Made by a program: the position numbers and the translations under genes. From contig JANOQI010000041.1 in the NCBI GenBank assembly GCA_031414775.1, forward strand, positions 96,001 through 160,000: 64,000 bases of DNA, read 5' to 3'. Shown here one piece after another: positions 61,254-64,000 of the stretch; positions within the stretch are counted from its first letter, which is position 1; each line of letters begins with the position of its first letter. The notes under the pieces were generated by a model. That model saw only the letters and a list, made by a program, of their open reading frames with translations, was not told the origin of the DNA and ran no database searches. The stretch comes from Synechococcales cyanobacterium VAR_4_metabat_354 (GTDB lineage: Bacteria > Cyanobacteriota > Cyanobacteriia > Cyanobacteriales > Chamaesiphonaceae).

Positions 61254-62462
61254 CTAATATACTATCAGACCTGAATATATAGATACTAATTCTGTTCCCA
61301 GTCGATCGCGATTAAACCGTTCGGTCACAGTTTTTCTTGCCGCTTTGCCGATTGCCAATCGTTGCTCTGGCGAATTTATTAAATCTCGAATTGCTTCCGC
61401 TAGAGCCTGCGGATTTCCCGGCGCTACTCCGATCGCGTCTTGGCTGTGGGTAAATAGTTCTGCTGCGCCCCCGGCATTAGCCACAATTACCGCTTTTTCA
61501 CAGGCCATCGCTTCCACAATTGTGCGCCCAAAAGGTTCCGGTTTAGTACTAGCATGAACGACAATATCCAAAGAGTGATATATTGATTCAATATCAGTAC
61601 AGAAGTCGATAAACTCTATCCAGTTTTCAATATTTAAATCCTGAGTCAGCTTAATTAATTCCGAGCGGGAGTATTGCGATCGATCCGTCTCGTAGATAGC
61701 CCCGCCGACAATATAGAACTTAACTTTTGTGATTAATAGGGGCTGCTGCTGGGCAAGATCGGCAATAGCCTGTAAAAAGATTTCATGACCTTTCCAGCGG
61801 GCGTAAGTAGCAACCAATCCAACCCTGATGATGTTAGCATTACCGATTGATATTGTTGATTGCAAGTCAGAAAGGGGAGTGAACCTGGTAATGTCTACTA
61901 CATTGTAAATAACTTTGATCGGTAGGTTTGGAAAAACACTGTGCCAATCATCTTTTGTTGCTTCACTGTTAGCAATTGCTAGCCCAACTTTATTTTTTAC
62001 CAACGCTAGCAGTTTTTTCATTAATGATCGAGAGCTAATAAAATCCCGTAGCCGCCAAATGATCGGACAAGAAACATTCAGACTAGTTACCAATAGATGA
62101 GTTTTAAAGCCATTGGAATCAATCAGATCAGGATTAATTTTATTGATTGTTTGCTGCAAATTGCGCCAGTATTTAAAAAGCTCACTACTAGCTATCAATA
62201 ATTGCCATAAATTAGAAATAATATTTTGCAACTCAAAACTGCTATCACCTAATTTAGAGATTTGCGCTGGCAATGGCACCAGAAATACCTGGACACCTAA
62301 TGTTTCTAACTCACTGGCCAGATCACCATGGGCAGCAGTAATAATGATCGATAGTTCTGCCAATGGTAGCTGTTGGCGGAGTGCAAAAATATTATCAATT
62401 AAACTGCGCTCAGCGCCGCCGAGCTGACTGGATGGACTGAGGTAAAGAATTTTTATGCTCAT
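61254..62462 (-). CDS. GT4 glycosyltransferase
   Basis: LGGAE, RWKGH, EPFGRTIVEAM. Confidence 0.92.
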   Translation of the reverse strand: MSIKILYLSPSSQLGGAERSLIDNIFALRQQLPLAELSIIITAAHGDLASELETLGVQVFLVPLPAQISKLGDSSFELQNIISNLWQLLIASSELFKYWRNLQQTINKINPDLIDSNGFKTHLLVTSLNVSCPIIWRLRDFISSRSLMKKLLALVKNKVGLAIANSEATKDDWHSVFPNLPIKVIYNVVDITRFTPLSDLQSTISIGNANIIRVGLVATYARWKGHEIFLQAIADLAQQQPLLITKVKFYIVGGAIYETDRSQYSRSELIKLTQDLNIENWIEFIDFCTDIESIYHSLDIVVHASTKPEPFGRTIVEAMACEKAVIVANAGGAAELFTHSQDAIGVAPGNPQALAEAIRDLINSPEQRLAIGKAARKTVTERFNRDRLGTELVSIYSGLIVY

Positions 62463-62471
62463 AGTCTCTTT

Positions 62472-63608
62472 TTAAATTGCTGCTGCGAGGCGAAGATAGG
62501 CTGTCATCACCGATTTGGCATGTTGCTCCCAACTATAGTGATTGGCCTGGGCTAATCTCTGGGCTAAGAGTGGAGTCGCATCTGGTTTTAGTAGAGCCTG
62601 ATGCGTGCTATCTACCCACTGAGCAATATCACCTACTGGACAGTAAATAACAGCATCGCCACCGACCTCGCGCAGAGCCGGGATATCACTAGCAATCACG
62701 ATTGCACCACAGGCCAGAGCTTCGATCGCGGGCAGTCCAAATCCTTCCAATTCACTGGTAATCATCACTATCGCCGCTTGTTGGTATAAGGCTGCAACTG
62801 TTTGATTTGGTACTTTGGTGAGGTGGAAAATTTTCTCACCAATCTGGAGATCGGTAATTTGTTGTCGCTGCGATTGGCTCCATTCCCCGCCGACTTTGAC
62901 TAGTAATAATTCTGGTGATCGATCGCGCAATTGAGCGAAAACATTTAATAGTACGTCGATGCGCTTACGCGGAATACAGCTCCCCACGTGCATCAGATAA
63001 GGCTGTCCTTGTAGTTTTTTTTGTAGTTGTACTGTAATTGCATTGTCCAGTATCGGGCTGATCTGATATTCTGGTGATACTCCTAAGGGTGCCGACACTA
63101 ACCGGGCCGGATCGATCAGCTGGGATTGCTCGATTTGTTGGCGGACGGCATTGGTGGTATAAAACACAATTCCCGCTTTCTGCATTCCTTTCAAAATTTG
63201 TTTAGACAGCTCCCGATAAATCCGACTGCCGGTATATTGCTCTGGATCAATAATTGCTTGAAATGCATCGAGATCGTGACAAAAAACCCCGGTGCGATCG
63301 ATCGGTAAAGTGTGAGCGAGATGAGCATAAGAGTGATCAGCAATATGGAATAGATCGTAATCTTGATGGTTCGATCGCAAGTACCGGGGATATTCCCAAT
63401 ACCGATTGATCAATCGATCGGCATTAAAACTGTGCCTTTTCCCCATAAAAGAATGTAGATATTGAAATCGCCACTGGAACTGCGGGCGTATTTGGGTGGG
63501 ATGGATTTCCCGATTCATGTTTAATAATCCATCGCTCAACATTTGGGCACAAATATTCATGCTCATCCAGTTTTCTTCATAGTAGTCGCAAACAATTCCT
63601 AGTTTCAT
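62472..63608 (-). CDS. GT4 glycosyltransferase
   Basis: VGSCIPRKR, EGFGLPAIEA, SDIPALREV. Confidence 0.92.
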   Translation of the reverse strand: MKLGIVCDYYEENWMSMNICAQMLSDGLLNMNREIHPTQIRPQFQWRFQYLHSFMGKRHSFNADRLINRYWEYPRYLRSNHQDYDLFHIADHSYAHLAHTLPIDRTGVFCHDLDAFQAIIDPEQYTGSRIYRELSKQILKGMQKAGIVFYTTNAVRQQIEQSQLIDPARLVSAPLGVSPEYQISPILDNAITVQLQKKLQGQPYLMHVGSCIPRKRIDVLLNVFAQLRDRSPELLLVKVGGEWSQSQRQQITDLQIGEKIFHLTKVPNQTVAALYQQAAIVMITSELEGFGLPAIEALACGAIVIASDIPALREVGGDAVIYCPVGDIAQWVDSTHQALLKPDATPLLAQRLAQANHYSWEQHAKSVMTAYLRLAAAI

Positions 63609-63681
63609 TAATCTAGTCTAAAAAAATATTGGGAAAGCTGTGCTTAAATTCCACCAGATTGGTGCTTAAAATCCCACTCGA

Positions 63682-63999
63682 TTAATTATTTAAAGTCAGG
63701 TTCAATATGTCTTTGGACATATCATCCCAAGTGTATCGGCGTAAAGAATCTGACAGGGTAATTGCTTGCGATCGATAGTACTTTTGGTGGCGTTGCCACT
63801 GCGTTAATCGATCGACTAAATCGGTCACGTTATCGGGATCGGGAAGTAGTAAATCTTGGAGTGTGACGGGGTAGCGTTCGGCGACACCAGCCGTAGCACT
63901 CGTAATTGCAGGCAAGCCACAACACAGAGCTTCATGGACTCCTAATCCATACGCTTCATAGCGAGTCGGTGCTACCAAGCAATCCGCCGCTCGTAAAAT
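63682..63999 (-). CDS. GT4 glycosyltransferase, C-terminal part (5' end outside the window)
   Basis: The frame is open to the window edge: ILRAADCLVAPTRYEAYGLGVHEAL. Confidence 0.85.
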   Translation of the reverse strand: MLRAADCLVAPTRYEAYGLGVHEALCCGLPAITSATAGVAERYPVTLQDLLLPDPDNVTDLVDRLTQWQRHQKYYRSQAITLSDSLRRYTWDDMSKDILNLTLNN

Positions 64000-64000
64000 T

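Noticed and set aside
1..64000. CRISPR arrays, rRNA, IS elements or prophage genes
   Set aside because: No regularly spaced repeats and no transposase, integrase or phage structural motifs found; intergenic gaps are short

Overview
Cyanobacterial chromosomal window, rich in CGATCG/HIP1-type palindromes. From left to right: the 3' part of a Cu-type P1B ATPase; an orphan Gly-rich repeat protein; glmU; ndhB; a two-gene operon (membrane 4Fe-4S/FHA/cNMP protein plus FHA-fused ferredoxin reductase); a nitroreductase; tRNA-Pro(GGG). A long minus-strand run follows with housekeeping genes and a compact chromatic-acclimation block (rcaE-rcaF-rcaC, an L-box-like direct repeat, then cpcB-cpcA-cpcH-cpcI), then glyA, pepA and a folate transporter/carotenoid oxygenase/desaturase-SDR run. 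After that come a divergent sucrose synthase with a GH65/beta-PGM fusion, and about 20 kb of mosaic polysaccharide genes (Wzc, Wzy-like, Wzm/Wzt, glycosyl-, methyl- and acetyltransferases, AsnB, and an inserted Uma2 gene). The best candidate for an uncharacterised system is the FHA-bearing membrane redox operon (7175-11922). All calls come from reading motifs by eye; no database searches were run. No CRISPR array, rRNA or transposase was seen.
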